A DNA stretch of 64,000 nt from Macrostomum lignano (lineage: Eukaryota), in contig NIVC01001700.1 in assembly GCA_002269645.1 (NCBI GenBank), positions 201,923 to 265,922 on the forward strand. The letters are read 5' to 3'. Position numbers and translations under genes: made by a program. Positions 1-32,637 of the stretch are shown in pieces. How positions within the stretch are numbered: position 1 is the first letter of the stretch; every line of letters begins with the position of its first letter. The notes under the pieces are model-generated. The model had not been told where the DNA came from. It made no database searches and saw only the letters and a program-made list of their open reading frames with translations.

Positions 1-402
1 CTTCATGGGCCGGAGTTTTGCGATTCCTGCTACAGGAAAACACTGATTTGAAAGCTTAAAATCTACAAGCTACGGAAGCTACAAATTTTAACAAAATACA
101 AGTAGCTCGTATAGCTGTTCTAATGTAGTTTAGAAAACTTAAGTATGACAAGGTGACGTGTGTGACAAATTGGATACATACTCCAGTTACTCCAGATTTT
201 TGGTCCAGAATCTCCTTGTCAAGTCCCAATTTTTTGGGGGGCTGCCTGAGTCACTTCAGCACTTCCCACGCCTCCACACACACAGCACACAACAGCACAG
301 CAGACGGTTGGGCACAGCAGCTTCAGAACTGACGCTGGCTGGCGGGGGAGGAGCTAAAAATAGAACACTGCCCCCCTGCCCCACCCCCCTTCCAACGCCG
401 GC

Positions 403-408
403 TATAAA
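403..408 (+). promoter_or_regulatory. TATA box of the prepropeptide gene
   Basis: GCTATAAATC in a GC-rich context, about 130 bp upstream of the ATG at 532. Confidence 0.55.
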
Positions 409-531
409 TCCGAGGCCCCGGCGGCGGCCTCCAAGCCCTCTTCACTTTTCTACGAACTCATTCGCAACTACCAGTCAGACGCAAAAGGCAAAAAGACAAC
501 CAACAAAGGAGCAAGAAAGCAGACAGCAGAC

Positions 532-825
532 ATGCAACGATTAAACGGCAGCCTTCTCATTGCTCTGGTATTCACCATGGCCCTGTGTATCGCCACACTG
601 GACGCTGTGGCCCTGTCTCCGTCCGGGGCTCTGCGACTGGAGCTGAACCGCAACTCGGCCGCCAGCGAGACCTACTTGATGCGGCAGCGGCCGGATTCCG
701 AGTCCCCAGCGGCAGCACTGCTCAGCAGGAAGCGACGCGGACCTGAGAACGTGCTCATGCGAGCCTACCAGTGCAACCTGTACCGGAAGCAGGGCAAGAA
801 GCCGCCGCCCAGCCTGAAGTGCTGA
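532..825 (+). CDS. Intronless secreted prepropeptide (putative neuropeptide/hormone precursor), 97 aa
   Basis: Hydrophobic signal peptide (LLIALVFTMALCIATLDA), a pro-region, a furin-type RKRR site, then a 28-aa C-terminal peptide GPENVLMRAYQCNLYRKQGKKPPPSLKC with two Cys. Codons are GC3-rich. TATAAA at 403-408; AATAAA at 1270 and 1337-1346. Confidence 0.75.
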   Translation: MQRLNGSLLIALVFTMALCIATLDAVALSPSGALRLELNRNSAASETYLMRQRPDSESPAAALLSRKRRGPENVLMRAYQCNLYRKQGKKPPPSLKC

Positions 826-1662
826 AGTGTCCTCCGCTCCGGCCGTTACACCAAATTTGACAGTTTTTTTTCTTGTGCTGCTCTCGCTAGTTAGCGTTGC
901 TATGATGCTGTGATGCTGTACTCTCTACATCATCAATGAATAGTTGAACTCAGCTAGGAAACTGGCTTTGTAATTGCGCTGGCCAACCAACTCAATTATT
1001 CCGCGAAGTTGTCTTTGAAATTTACATTATTTTAAATTTTTGCATGTTTATTTAGCTTGCTTCACGCGTAAACCAGTCACAACCCACATCTTTACACAGT
1101 TCATATGACCTCCAGCTGCTCATACCGCTTGTGCCCTCCTGACCTCAAGTGAGCTCGGCTCTCAGCTGTTTCTCATTGCTCACTAATTGCTCACAATTGA
1201 AAGTCTAAAAAAAGTGCCGCCGATTGTATTCAATCGCAAATTTTCTGAGCATTTCTTGCTTATAAATTGAATAAAATAACTGACTGGATCAGAGTTCGAT
1301 TAAACAAATCCTGCCTTGGATTTTATTTCTTCCGTCAATAAATAAACGAAAAGTTTGACGAGCCTGCACTTACAGCATCGGCAAAATGAGGGCACAAGTG
1401 GAAGCAATTGAGCTGTCAGGTGGTATCTCTATGTGCCAGCGCCTATAGGCCCTGGCCTAGTCATTCTGTGCCAGCGTGCGCACCGCAGACACAGAGAGGA
1501 GAACAGATAATAAGAAGACAGAGAGGAAGGAGTCACCGACTCTGCCGCTTGCTCACTGCAAGAGTTTAACTGTACTTAGAACTTTGTTACGGTAGGGGGG
1601 GGGGGTCGCCCAGCGCAAAAAAGTTGCCAATGCAGATTGATGGGAATTTTCACGCTCGCTGC

Positions 1663-1678
1663 AGAGAGAGAGGGAGAG

Positions 1679-1727
<49 letters not shown>
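1663..1727. repeat. (GA)n microsatellite
   Basis: Read directly from the sequence. Confidence 0.95.
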
Positions 1728-1733
<6 letters not shown>

Positions 1734-1989
1734 TTTTAGCTTTCGCATTCCACCTATATAGTCTGGTTGCTCCTGGTTACCGGAGCGCGCCGGCCGGCAT
1801 TGAAGTGTTTGTTTGTGGGTGGGGCAGGTAGTTATTTTATAGCAGCACTGCAGACCGAACTGGGAGGGCTGGCGCACAATGCACCCGGCCAGTAATAGAG
1901 AAGCGATAGGAATGCGGCCACGAACTCCAACGTTTGCCAAGGAGTTCTAGATAAGTACATCTGGATAGAAAGTTAACTGCTAGCGAACT

Positions 1990-2248
1990 GGCACTGATTT
2001 TGGCGCTTTGACATCAAACACCTGGCTTTGGGCACTGATTTTGGCGCTTTGACATCAAACACCTGGCTTTGGGCACTGATTTTGGCGCTTTGACATCAAA
2101 CACCTGGCTTTGGGCACTGATTTTGGCGCTTTGACATCAAACACCTGGCTTTGGGCACTGATTTTGGCGCTTTGACATCAAACACCTGGCTTTGGGCACT
2201 GATTTTGGCGCTTTGACATCAAACACCTGGCTTTGGGCACTGATTTTG
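1990..2248. repeat. 41-bp minisatellite, about 6 copies
   Basis: Unit GGCACTGATTTTGGCGCTTTGACATCAAACACCTGGCTTTG starts at 1990, 2031, 2072, 2113, 2154 and 2195. Confidence 0.95.
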
Positions 2249-3273
2249 ACACCCCTAGAGACAAGCTTAGGATTAAAGAAGCTAACGAAAATCTAAGGAT
2301 AGAACCTTGTTAGAAAAATTGCAAGCATACATGTAGCACCCTATATAACTTTGACTAAAGGGGGGGGGCACATGCCCCCCCTGTCCCCTCCTTCGGTCAA
2401 GGTCAGGGTCAGGTGAATGGGCAACTCATTGCAAGTCGCGATCTTCGTCTTAACGTGCGGCATTTAAACCAAGGGATAGTTGTTAGCGAGCCACCAGTTT
2501 CCAATCCAGATAGCTATAGTTTTAGAACTCCATGGATACATGTTCACCAAAGCATGACGTCAACGCGGTTCTTCTATTTCTTAGAAATTTCCGCCGCCGT
2601 TTAAAAATAAAAAATGGAAGTTTTCTGACTGCAAGAGATAGGAGAGCGGTGACGCGCAGATATGTAGGCAAGTTTTTTCAAAGTATTTGCAGCACTTGAC
2701 AGGCAATTGTTGTGCAATTTTATTTCAGATTGTCTGTCTGCTTAACCGCGCATGCGACTGTTCAGTAGATGAAGCGAGTGCGTAGCAAATATAATTTTTG
2801 GAAGCCATTTTACACTTAGAGCAAGCAATTTAATTGATCAGTAGGGAAGGGAAACCCAGCGCTATAAGATTGATTTCTCAGTAGTCTATGGCCCAAACTG
2901 TCGCTCTGAGGCGACCAATATAGTAATCGGAGCACCAATTTAGTCATTTCCAGTGTCACTGGTGCTGGATTTGGGGAGTAAGCAATAAAGCACAAACATT
3001 TAGAGAAATATAAAACTGAGCACACAACTGAGCTCAAACTAAAGCTACACCTTTTCACGTTCAATTTCGATCAAAGTCCAGTTCTAAAAAAAACTAGCGG
3101 AAATTCAATTCAGACAATTTAGACTGGGGCCCAGTCTAACCCACAGACAGATAGCAGGAGAAAGAACTGGGTGTGCTAGAATCAGTGAGAGAAAAGTTGT
3201 TTTGCTGGCTCTACGCTAGTTATAAGATACTGGCGCGGGGGGGGGGGCGAAGTCTCGCGAACGAGGGATTCCA

Positions 3274-4036
3274 ACCATAGACAGTGAGAATTTGGCCTCC
3301 ACTGAAGGAATGGAGAGTGAGCCATCTAGTGTTTATATAGAATCTGTGGTCTAAACCCAGTTCAAAACATTATAACACGACGAAGTGTGCATTTAACAAC
3401 ATAGTCTATGGTCAAACCGTGGTAATCATTATGTATTTCAACAAATACATCAGCGTGCATTTAACGCAGGCAGTAAACCGTAGATGTTGTAGATCAATGT
3501 AGGCCTGCCATTGCCAGTAGTGTTGGTCAGCGTCGTTGCGGTGGTAATATCAGTTGTTCCACTGTGTTCAGAGACTGGCTCATCACTGTCAATGAATCGA
3601 TCATCAAAACATGTTGCTCTTGATTAGGCGGCTCAACAGTGGTGTTAGCAGGCTCTTGGGCTGTAGGAGTCACGTCACTACCACGAAGCAGTGCACGTTA
3701 CATTCTTAGTTCTTACACAAAGCAGGTTTCCAGTAGTTCCTGGACATTTTTTCCAGATATTCCATCTGTAGGCCTGTAGAGCTGTAGAAATCTTGGACTC
3801 AGGGAATGCATCCTTGATCCTTGATAAATCCTTGAGGGAATGCGTCAATAAATCTTTGATTTGATCCGTGGACATTCCAAGAAATTATTTCATTTGGAAA
3901 GTGCAGCAGGTCGATTAGTTTTCTTTTCTCGGTAGTTCCATTCTCTTTTTGAGTCAGTAAAGCTAGCTCTGCTTTATTCTTCTCTCTTCTCGTCTTCAAC
4001 GTGCATCTAACGAAACTGCAACCTTTTGTCTATGGT
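3274..4036. mobile_element. Possible degenerate inverted-repeat element
   Basis: ACCATAGACA (3274-3283) pairs with TGTCTATGGT (4027-4036), and GTGCAT(T/C)TAAC recurs inside. The TIRs are short and there is no clear TSD. Confidence 0.3.
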
Positions 4037-5514
4037 AATTCGTAGTATTATAATGTAACTAATATATAACTCCCGAAAAAGGCATGTGTCACGGAAAGTC
4101 TTTATTTCTATGGATTATTGTGTTATTATTCATCTCGCTGCAGCATTGCGGTAGAGAATGGTCTATGGCCCGATCGTATTGTTGCATCTGAATGAGCACA
4201 GCTCGCTCGGTATTAAAATAAAATGAAAGAAAGAAGCAGTCGAAGGGGAGAGCAAGCTAAGGCTTTAAAAATTTTATCTAAAGGCCGGCTACACAAATTG
4301 TCAAACTCGGAAATTCTCTTTGAATTTGAATTTCTTTGAAATCTTTTGAATGCAAAGAAAGTATTCTATTTTTTCATTTTTATATTGTTTTTCAGCTCGT
4401 TTTTACTGGTTTATAATGACCTTCAGCTGTAGGAGTGTAGAGGGACTGTATGCACCCATTGTCACACAGCCAACGAGAGGCATTGCTGCCCATTCCGCCA
4501 ACTCCCCTTAGCAGGCACACAGGAGTGCACAGCGGCCCTAACTTTATTTATCGTCAGGCATGTACACTTCACTGTGCCTTGGGGGTTGGCCCTTCAGGGC
4601 GTTAATTGCACGAGCAGAGCCAAGCCGAGATTCCAAATTAGCCCCAAATTAATGTTGACTGCACTTGGAATCGAGCCTGGGCCGCTGGCACATCAGAGCG
4701 CCACGCTGCACCGCTGGGCTACGGCCTCCGAGATGTAGAGAAGACAGATAGTGTGTTAGGAGACAGAGAGCAAAAAGTTTTGAACAATCCGCTTGGCTTT
4801 CAGCATACGTCAAACAGTTAAGTCTGTCCACTGAAACAATTTTTTTGTTCAAAGTTGCAATCGAATTGCTGCAGAGATTTATTGCTTCTGGGCAAGTGCT
4901 TATCTGTTCAGTAGCTAAGTGTCGGGGGTTTCAGGCTCTAGATTGTCCAGCAAATACACGAATAGGCTCACACATTGCTTTGATTAAATTTACACATGCA
5001 GCAAAAATAAGTGCTTAGCAAAGCGAATAGAAAGTCGGCTTGAAGCGACAACCGTCTAAATAATTGAAAACAGAACAACGGGTATAAAAAATTGATTTTC
5101 AAATTATTCACCGAAACTGCAAAAAAACTGAAGCACAAAAGCAAGTCTTGTACGGTAAATTAGTGCTTCCAATTAACACGCGTCTTGCACAGCAATTGAC
5201 TACAGGGAACTTGAAGATTTTAGTGAGAGAAGAAGAAAACTAAATGGAGGTAGGTAGAGCATGAAAGTGCCGGAATACAATGTTTAACAAATAAAGTATT
5301 CATAGGGACTCGCGAGGCAATGAGGGAACACAGGTTGTTGTCAGGCTAAAAGCCAGAGTCAAAGGTATAAAAACAAACGGTTTACGTGTGGCTGCGCGAC
5401 TAGTCTCGCTTTCGATGTGTTTCGCTTTGTCGCTGGATTGCTTGTTTAGGCTTGTCCCGCTGGTTGCCGCAAGGCCGAGATGAAGGAGTTGGAGGCTGGT
5501 GAAGGTTTGCCGAG

Positions 5515-5757
5515 TGGGTGTATGCGGAGTGGGGTGTATGCGGAGTGGGGTGTATGCGGAGTGGGGTGTATGCGGAGTGGGGTGTATGCGGAGTGGGGTG
5601 TATGCGGAGTGGGGTGTATGCGGAGTGGGGTGTATGCGGAGTAGGGTGTATGCGGAGTGGGGTGTATGCGGAGTGGGGTGTATGCGGAGTGGGGTGTATG
5701 CGGAGTGGGGTGTATGCGGAGTGGGGTGTATGCGGAGTGGGGTGTATGCGGAGTGGG
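5515..5757. repeat. 16-bp G-rich minisatellite, about 15 copies (downstream of the Delta stop)
   Basis: Unit TATGCGGAGTGGGGTG. Confidence 0.95.
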
Positions 5758-5920
5758 TAGGGGTGGCTGCGAAGGGGGGTGGGTGTGGAGGAGGGGTGGG
5801 TGCCAGATGAGGGAGCGCTGCCATTGCAGGAGTGGCTACAGAAGGGCCTGTTGTAGTCGGGCCGGCAGTACCAGGAGCGGCGCACAGGGCGGCAGGGGGA
5901 GAGGCAGCCGCAGCAGATGG

Positions 5921-26374
<20,454 letters not shown>

Positions 26375-26954
26375 CCTGTCGACATTGCCAGAAGCGAGGC
26401 AGTGGAGTGAAGCAACTGGCGGCGAAGCGACCGGCTAGGAAGGCAGTGAGGCTGAGACTTTAAAGGAGAGAATTAGCCGAGCTTCTTGGGAATCGCAGCC
26501 GGATCTAACAGTGCGCCTGCCTTTTCATAGCGGAGAGCAGACAGACAGAGAGCTGAATTGGGGAAGGCACGCAGCCCCCCGCCTTCGCCTTTCCTTTTCT
26601 ATGGTTTGCTCAGCGCCCATTGGTCCGAGTCGCTTTGGCAAAGCCAATAAAGCGGGAGTAGCTTAACAGGGTACCATTGAGGCTGAACAATGGCCAGTAT
26701 CTCGGCCTAAACGCGCTGGACACTGGTACCCAGCTGCCAAGAACGTGGAACTTGTTAGTTCTGCATTTCAACAACCCCCTGTTAAAATGCACGTGCGATT
26801 TCCATTCATGTTGAAGGCCTTTGGGTGCGGGGGAGGGTGGGTGTTGGCTGCCCATTTCAGTTGGTACGAAATTCGACCTCAAAAATCTGCCTTTAGTGCC
26901 GGATAGATGATACAGCTCATGGCTGCGGGCCTTCTGCGTGTTTGGCACTTCAGA

Positions 26955-27830
26955 GAGAGGAAGGAGAGGGGAGGAGGAAGAGGAGAGAAGAGGGGAGAAA
27001 AACGTAGAAGAAAAGAGAGGAGAGGAGAGGAGATTAGAGGAGAGCAGATAAGAAAAGATAAGAGGGGATGAGAGGAGATGAGAGGAGATGAGAGGAGATG
27101 ACAGGAGATGACAGGAGATGAGAGGAGATGAGAGGAGATAAGAAAAGATAAGATGAGATGAGAGGAGATGACAGGAGATGACAGGGGATGAGAGGAGATG
27201 ACAGGAGATGACAGGGGATGAGAGGAGATGAGAGGAAATGAGAGGAGATGACAGGGGATGAGAGGAGATGACAGGAGATGACAGGGGATGAGAGGAGATG
27301 AGAGAAGATGAGAGGAGATGAGAGGAGATAAGAAAAGATAGATGAGATGAGAGGAGATGAGAGATGACAGGGGATGAGAGGAGAGGACAGGGGATGAGAG
27401 GAGATGAGAGGAGATGAGAGATGACAGGGGATGAGAGGAGATGACAGGAGATGACAGGGGATGAGAGGAGATGAGAGGAGATGAGAGGAGATGACAGGAG
27501 ATGACAGGAGATGACAAGAGATGAGAGAAGATGAGAGGAGATGAGAGGAGATAAGGAAAGATAAGAGGAGATGAGAGGAGATGAGAGGAGATAAGGAAAG
27601 ATAAGAGAAGATAAGAGGAGGTGAGAGGAGATGAGAGGAGATAAGGAAAGATAAGAGAAGATAAGAGGAGGTGAGAGGAGATGAGAGGAGATAAGAGGAG
27701 ATGAGAGGAGATGAGAGGAGGTGAGAGGAGATGAGAGGAGATAAGAGGAGGTGAGAGGAGATGAGAGGAGATAAGGAAAGATAAGAGGAGATGAGAGGAG
27801 ATGAGAGGAGATGGTACGAGTTGGAGGGGA
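26955..27830. repeat. Polypurine satellite (AGGAGATGAG)n upstream of Delta
   Basis: Read directly from the sequence. Confidence 0.9.
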
Positions 27831-28667
27831 GGAAAGAGGGGAGGAAGAGGAGGATAGAGGATAGATGAGAGGGGAAAGAATAGGAAAGGATGGAAGAGTA
27901 AATGAACAAATATTAAGAAGATGCGGCAGGACAAAGAATTAACGCGGATATTTTCTCTTGCTTTGAAAATAAATTCAAGTCACATGCGAGTCGTGCTGCA
28001 TCGGGGTCGCCATCATACTGCTCATATCAGAAATATGAGTTTGGCTTGTACCCGCACCTGTAGATAGATAGATGCTATATCAAGACCTCATTGTTCCAGC
28101 TTTCCCCTACAGCATTAAGATGAAGCGCGGCGGCTCCGGCGGGCCAATTGGGAGTCAACGATGGGAGAACTGGCGCTAGTTGGAGCAGGTGTATTGCTGT
28201 ACAGTGTAGGGCGTTGATGAATTATTCATGGGCCTGTGAAAACAACTCAGCGAGAGGGAATACACACGGGGTGGGGCCCGGGGGGAGGCAAGCTTTTGAA
28301 ATCGATCCCAAAAAGAACCCCCCCCCTCACTTTCTTTATACAGCTATAGCTAACTCAATGCTTTGTGTGTCTGACAGTTCTGAATGCAGGGATGCAGGGC
28401 AAACAGTATTTCATGGCTTTTGCTAGGATTTTTCTTGCGCAGCCCGAATGCAAATCGCCTTTTCTCTGGGAATATTGGCGGTGCATGTGCCCCGAGAATT
28501 GGGAAGATTTCGACTTGATATGATTACTTTAATTGTGTTTATTTAATTGAGGGCAAGCAGTGTTTATCTTAAAGAAACAGTTGTTAGGTATAGAAGCTTA
28601 TCTAACCTGGCCAATTCTTAGGGACCCCCACCGTACAGAAACGCCATCCTTCAGGTATGCGCTAACC

Positions 28668-28890
28668 TTGGTGTACATGTGCAGGTAAGCGCAATCTTTG
28701 GTGTACATGTACAGGTAAGCTTTATCTCTGGTGTACATGTACAGGTACGCATCAGCTTTGGTGTACATGTACACAGGTAACGCATCAGCTTTGGTGTACA
28801 TGTACAGATATGCATCAGGTTTGGTGTACATGTACAGATATGCGTCAGATTTGGTGTACATGTACAGGTACGCATCAGCTTTGGTGTACA
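28668..28890. repeat. Roughly 30-bp degenerate repeat with a palindromic GTACATGTAC core
   Basis: TTGGTGTACATGTACAG occurs about 7 times. Confidence 0.85.
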
Positions 28891-29650
28891 CGTATGCCCT
28901 TTAGTCAAAGCAAGCTGGCGTCATCCTTAAGATGGACTCTCAATAGAATGCAAATGCCGCACATTATGCCTTTCCATCGTAGTCATAAAATATTGAACCA
29001 AAAACTGGAAATATGAGAATAAATTTATTTCTCAAAGGTGTACTTAACAAAAATCTGTGCCATACAGAATTTGTGTGCCCCACACCCAGTTCTTCTCCGA
29101 CCCGTCAATAAGCCAGCCAAGCCCCCCAATAGCTGAATGGCCGTCTCTACACACGTGAGTAAATAACCGTAAGGATTGAAAGCTTATCCACCTGCGCCTT
29201 AAACGCATTTCAAGCGCGCGACGCGGCACCGGGCTAGGCGAGACTCGTGCGGAGCTGGCACTCGATCCACTTTGCAACAATTCGGCTCGTTTAAATCAAC
29301 ACAGCTTCGCCTGCCGCCTGTTTGCTTGACGTCGCCCCTCGTATCCAATAAATTGTCTTACTATAGCTGTTCCTCTCTCCCCCATTGCGATTGCAGTTTG
29401 CTTTTAGGTGCCAGACAGTTATAGATCGAATTTTATGACTATTTACTGACTTATTATATGCTCAGTGAATGCCATTTTGCGCTGGGGCGTCGTCATAATT
29501 ATGTTTGGAGAGATTTTATAAGATTTTATAAGGCTAATTCATATTTCAAAATTATTAAGAAATATTGCTGGCTTGAAAGAGGAATATACAGAGTTCTGGG
29601 TGCTGTCTTGTAGAGACAAGAGGAGACACTGCGGTTTATAGAGGGTGCTA

Positions 29651-30147
29651 TGATCTGTAGAGAGCGGGTGTCGTGGTCTGTAGAGAGAGGGTGTCATGGT
29701 GTGTAGAGAGACGGTGTCATGGTCTGTAGAGAGAGGGTGTCATGGTCTGTAGAGAGAGGGTGTCATGGTGTGTAGAGAGAGGGTGTCATGGTGTGTAGAG
29801 AGAGGGTGTCATGGTGTGTAGAGAGAGGGTGTCATGGTCTGTAGAGAGAGGGTGTCATGGTGTGTAGAGAGAGGGTGTCATGGTGTGTAGAGAGAGGGTG
29901 TCATGGTCTGTAGAGAGAGGGTGTCATGGTCTGTAGAGAGAGGGTGTCATGGTGTGTAGAGAGAGGGTGTCAATGGTCACTGGTCACTGGAAGGGGCGCC
30001 ATGGTCACTGGAAGGGGCGCCATGGTCACTGGAAGGGGCGCCATGGTCACTGGAAGGGGCGCCATGGTCACTGGAAGGGGTGCCATGGTCACTGGAAGGG
30101 GCGCCATGGTCACTGGAAGGGGCGCCATGGTCACTGGAAGGGGCGCC
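29651..30147. repeat. Adjacent 23-bp (about 14 copies) and 21-bp (about 8 copies) minisatellites
   Basis: GGGTGTCATGGT(G/C)TGTAGAGAGA followed by ATGGTCACTGGAAGGGGCGCC. Confidence 0.9.
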
Positions 30148-31004
30148 CTGGTCAGGTTAGTCCACGTAACTATAGCTAATAAAAATAGGCCTATGCATCC
30201 AGTCTGGCACTGTCCGTGTAACTGATGTTGCATCGCAGCCTTCACAAACAGCAGATAATTAGTGAGCGAGTTGCATGCCGCAAAGGCAGGGCCTGGATTG
30301 CCCCCTCCGTCTCTGAAGCCTCTCTCTTTCTTCCTGTCTTGTTGTTCCTAGAAAATTAGCGAGAGCTTAGCAAATAGGCTAATCAGAAGTCTGCACCTGT
30401 CACAATATCCTCTCTTTAATCTTTCCAATGCCTTCAAGTCTTTCACTTGCATGGCTGTATAGGAGCTTTCTACTGTAATTTCATCATAATTGTCAGGAAC
30501 CTCTCTGTTTTTGCGACCCCAGACGCAAAAAATACAAAAACTATATGAGTTTTAGAATAATTGCATATATATTACAGAATGCGGGGCTGCTTACAGTCAT
30601 GCAAGCGCATGTCTTTGAGCTGCTATTTTACCAGTTGTATAGTACCGCCCCTTCTCAATATACCTTTGTATAAAGCTATTGTAGTCGGAGGCCAGATTTT
30701 CTCACGCTAAATTGCTCCGCTGTCGTAAATGGTGCCGTGAGAGCCTGTCAATAGTAAACAACCACTTTAGAGCTTGAGTATAGTTGAACTCCTCTTATAC
30801 CAACTGAGCATTCGTCTCTTATAATGTACACGTCTGCTCGAATGCAGCTGCAACTTCTAAATTGCTTCTGTTGCTGTAGTTTGTACCGCATCTTAACAAA
30901 AAAACAAATCGCAAAGTTTGTTGCAATTTTTAAAACAAGTTGAATTTTAAAGCTAACGTTTTGTCTCAGGGTCCTTGTCCGAAACCATAGAAGTTCTTTA
31001 GAAA

Positions 31005-31808
31005 GTCCAGCTCCTTACAGTCCAGCTCCTTACAGTCCAGCTCCTTACAGTCCAGCTCCTTACAGTCCAGCTCCTTACAGTCCAGCTCCTTACAGTCCAG
31101 CTCCTTACAGTCCAGCTCCTTACAGTCCAGCTCCTTACAGTCCAGCTCCTTACAGTCCAGCTCCTTGCAGTCCAGCTCCTTACAGTCCAGCTCCTTACAG
31201 TCCAGCTCCTTACAGTCCAGCTCCTTACAGTCCAGCTCCTTACAGTCCAGCTCCTTACAGTCCAGCTCCTTACAGTCCAGCTCCTTACAGTCCAGCTCCT
31301 TACAGTCCAGCTCCTTACAGTCCAGCTCCTTACAGTCCAGCTCCTTACAGTCCAGCTCCTTACAGTCCAGCTCCTTACAGTCCAGCTCCTTACAGTCCAG
31401 CTCCTTACAGTCCAGCTCCTTACAGTCCAGCTTCTTTGTGACAGTCCAGCTCCTCATTATTGACAGTCCAGCTCCTCATTAATGACAGTCCAGCTCCTCA
31501 TTATTGACAGTCCAGCTCCTCATTATTGACAGTCCAGCTCCTCATTATTGACAGTCCAGTTCCTCATTATTGACAGTCCAGCTCCTCATTAATGACAGTC
31601 CAGTTCCTCATTAATGACAGTCCAGCTCCTCATTAATGACAGTCCAGTTCCTCATTATTGACAGTCCAGCTCCTCATTAGTGACAGTCCAGCTCCTCATT
31701 ATTGACAGTCCAGCTCCTCATTAGTGACAGTCCAGCTCCTCATTATTGACAGTCCAGCTCCTCATTAATGACAGTCCAGCTCCTCATTATTGACAGTCCA
31801 GCTCCTGA
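31005..31808. repeat. Adjacent 15-bp (about 28 copies) and 22-bp (about 17 copies) minisatellites sharing a core
   Basis: ACAGTCCAGCTCCTT followed by ACAGTCCAGCTCCTCATTATTG. Confidence 0.95.
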
Positions 31809-32637
31809 CAGCTCCCTAGGAACCGCTCAATAACTTTCCTTACATGGCACATGCGCATCGAGAAGGAACCTTGTTAGGCGATTAATGGAAGTGTCATATA
31901 ACCTGTTGCCATGTTAACCATGGGTATTGCCTGGCTATAAGTGATAAGTGATAAATCTGCTATTATATATCCTTCGGAACCTGTCAGCCGTTTTATGATC
32001 TGATCACTTATAGCTCCTCGTAAGTGTCACAGCGACGCAATTAGCTCGTAATCAACAGAATTTACCATTGGACTATTGGACTCTATTAGACTATTAAGCT
32101 TTAATCACCACACTAAGTGACACTTGGAAAGGACTAAGGTTTAAAGCTGGATTTGTAAGAAAATTGTATTTTGTATTTTAAGAGCTGCTAAATACGACCT
32201 AAAACAACTTTATGATCGCGGGAAGGTATAAAATCCAACGTTTTTTAGCGTACCTGAAAGCATTTCTTTAATGGCAATAATATTTTTTTATCAAAATTGC
32301 AAGCGATGGTGAAATGGAGAGCATATCTGCGCCTACCTTTCAGACGAGAGAATTTGTTTCTAAAAATAGCACCCACGGATCACCTTACTGTACATTGTTG
32401 TACGCGCTTTCGCAAGAATTTCCCCATCAATCTATCCTACTGACTCAGTACAGTGTTATGATAATGAATGAATTTTTCTGATTACTGTAATAATTATTTC
32501 GACTATTTAGCGCAAGATGCAAATGCATGGAATTGGTATATAATCAAGCACTCTTTGCCATGCAGCCAGCTGGATAATTAAAGCTCGACAGTTTTTTAGT
32601 AATTTGCCTCTAGATTTCTCATGCGCGGAATAAGCCA

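Noticed and set aside
158-544. 128-aa ORF upstream of the peptide gene
   Set aside because: It overlaps the TATA box and 5'UTR of the 532-825 gene, starts at GTG and has no protein features.
30966-31482. (KELDC)n and (LQSSS)n ORFs suggesting a coiled-coil or metal-binding protein
   Set aside because: A 15-bp tandem repeat with no flanking gene structure.
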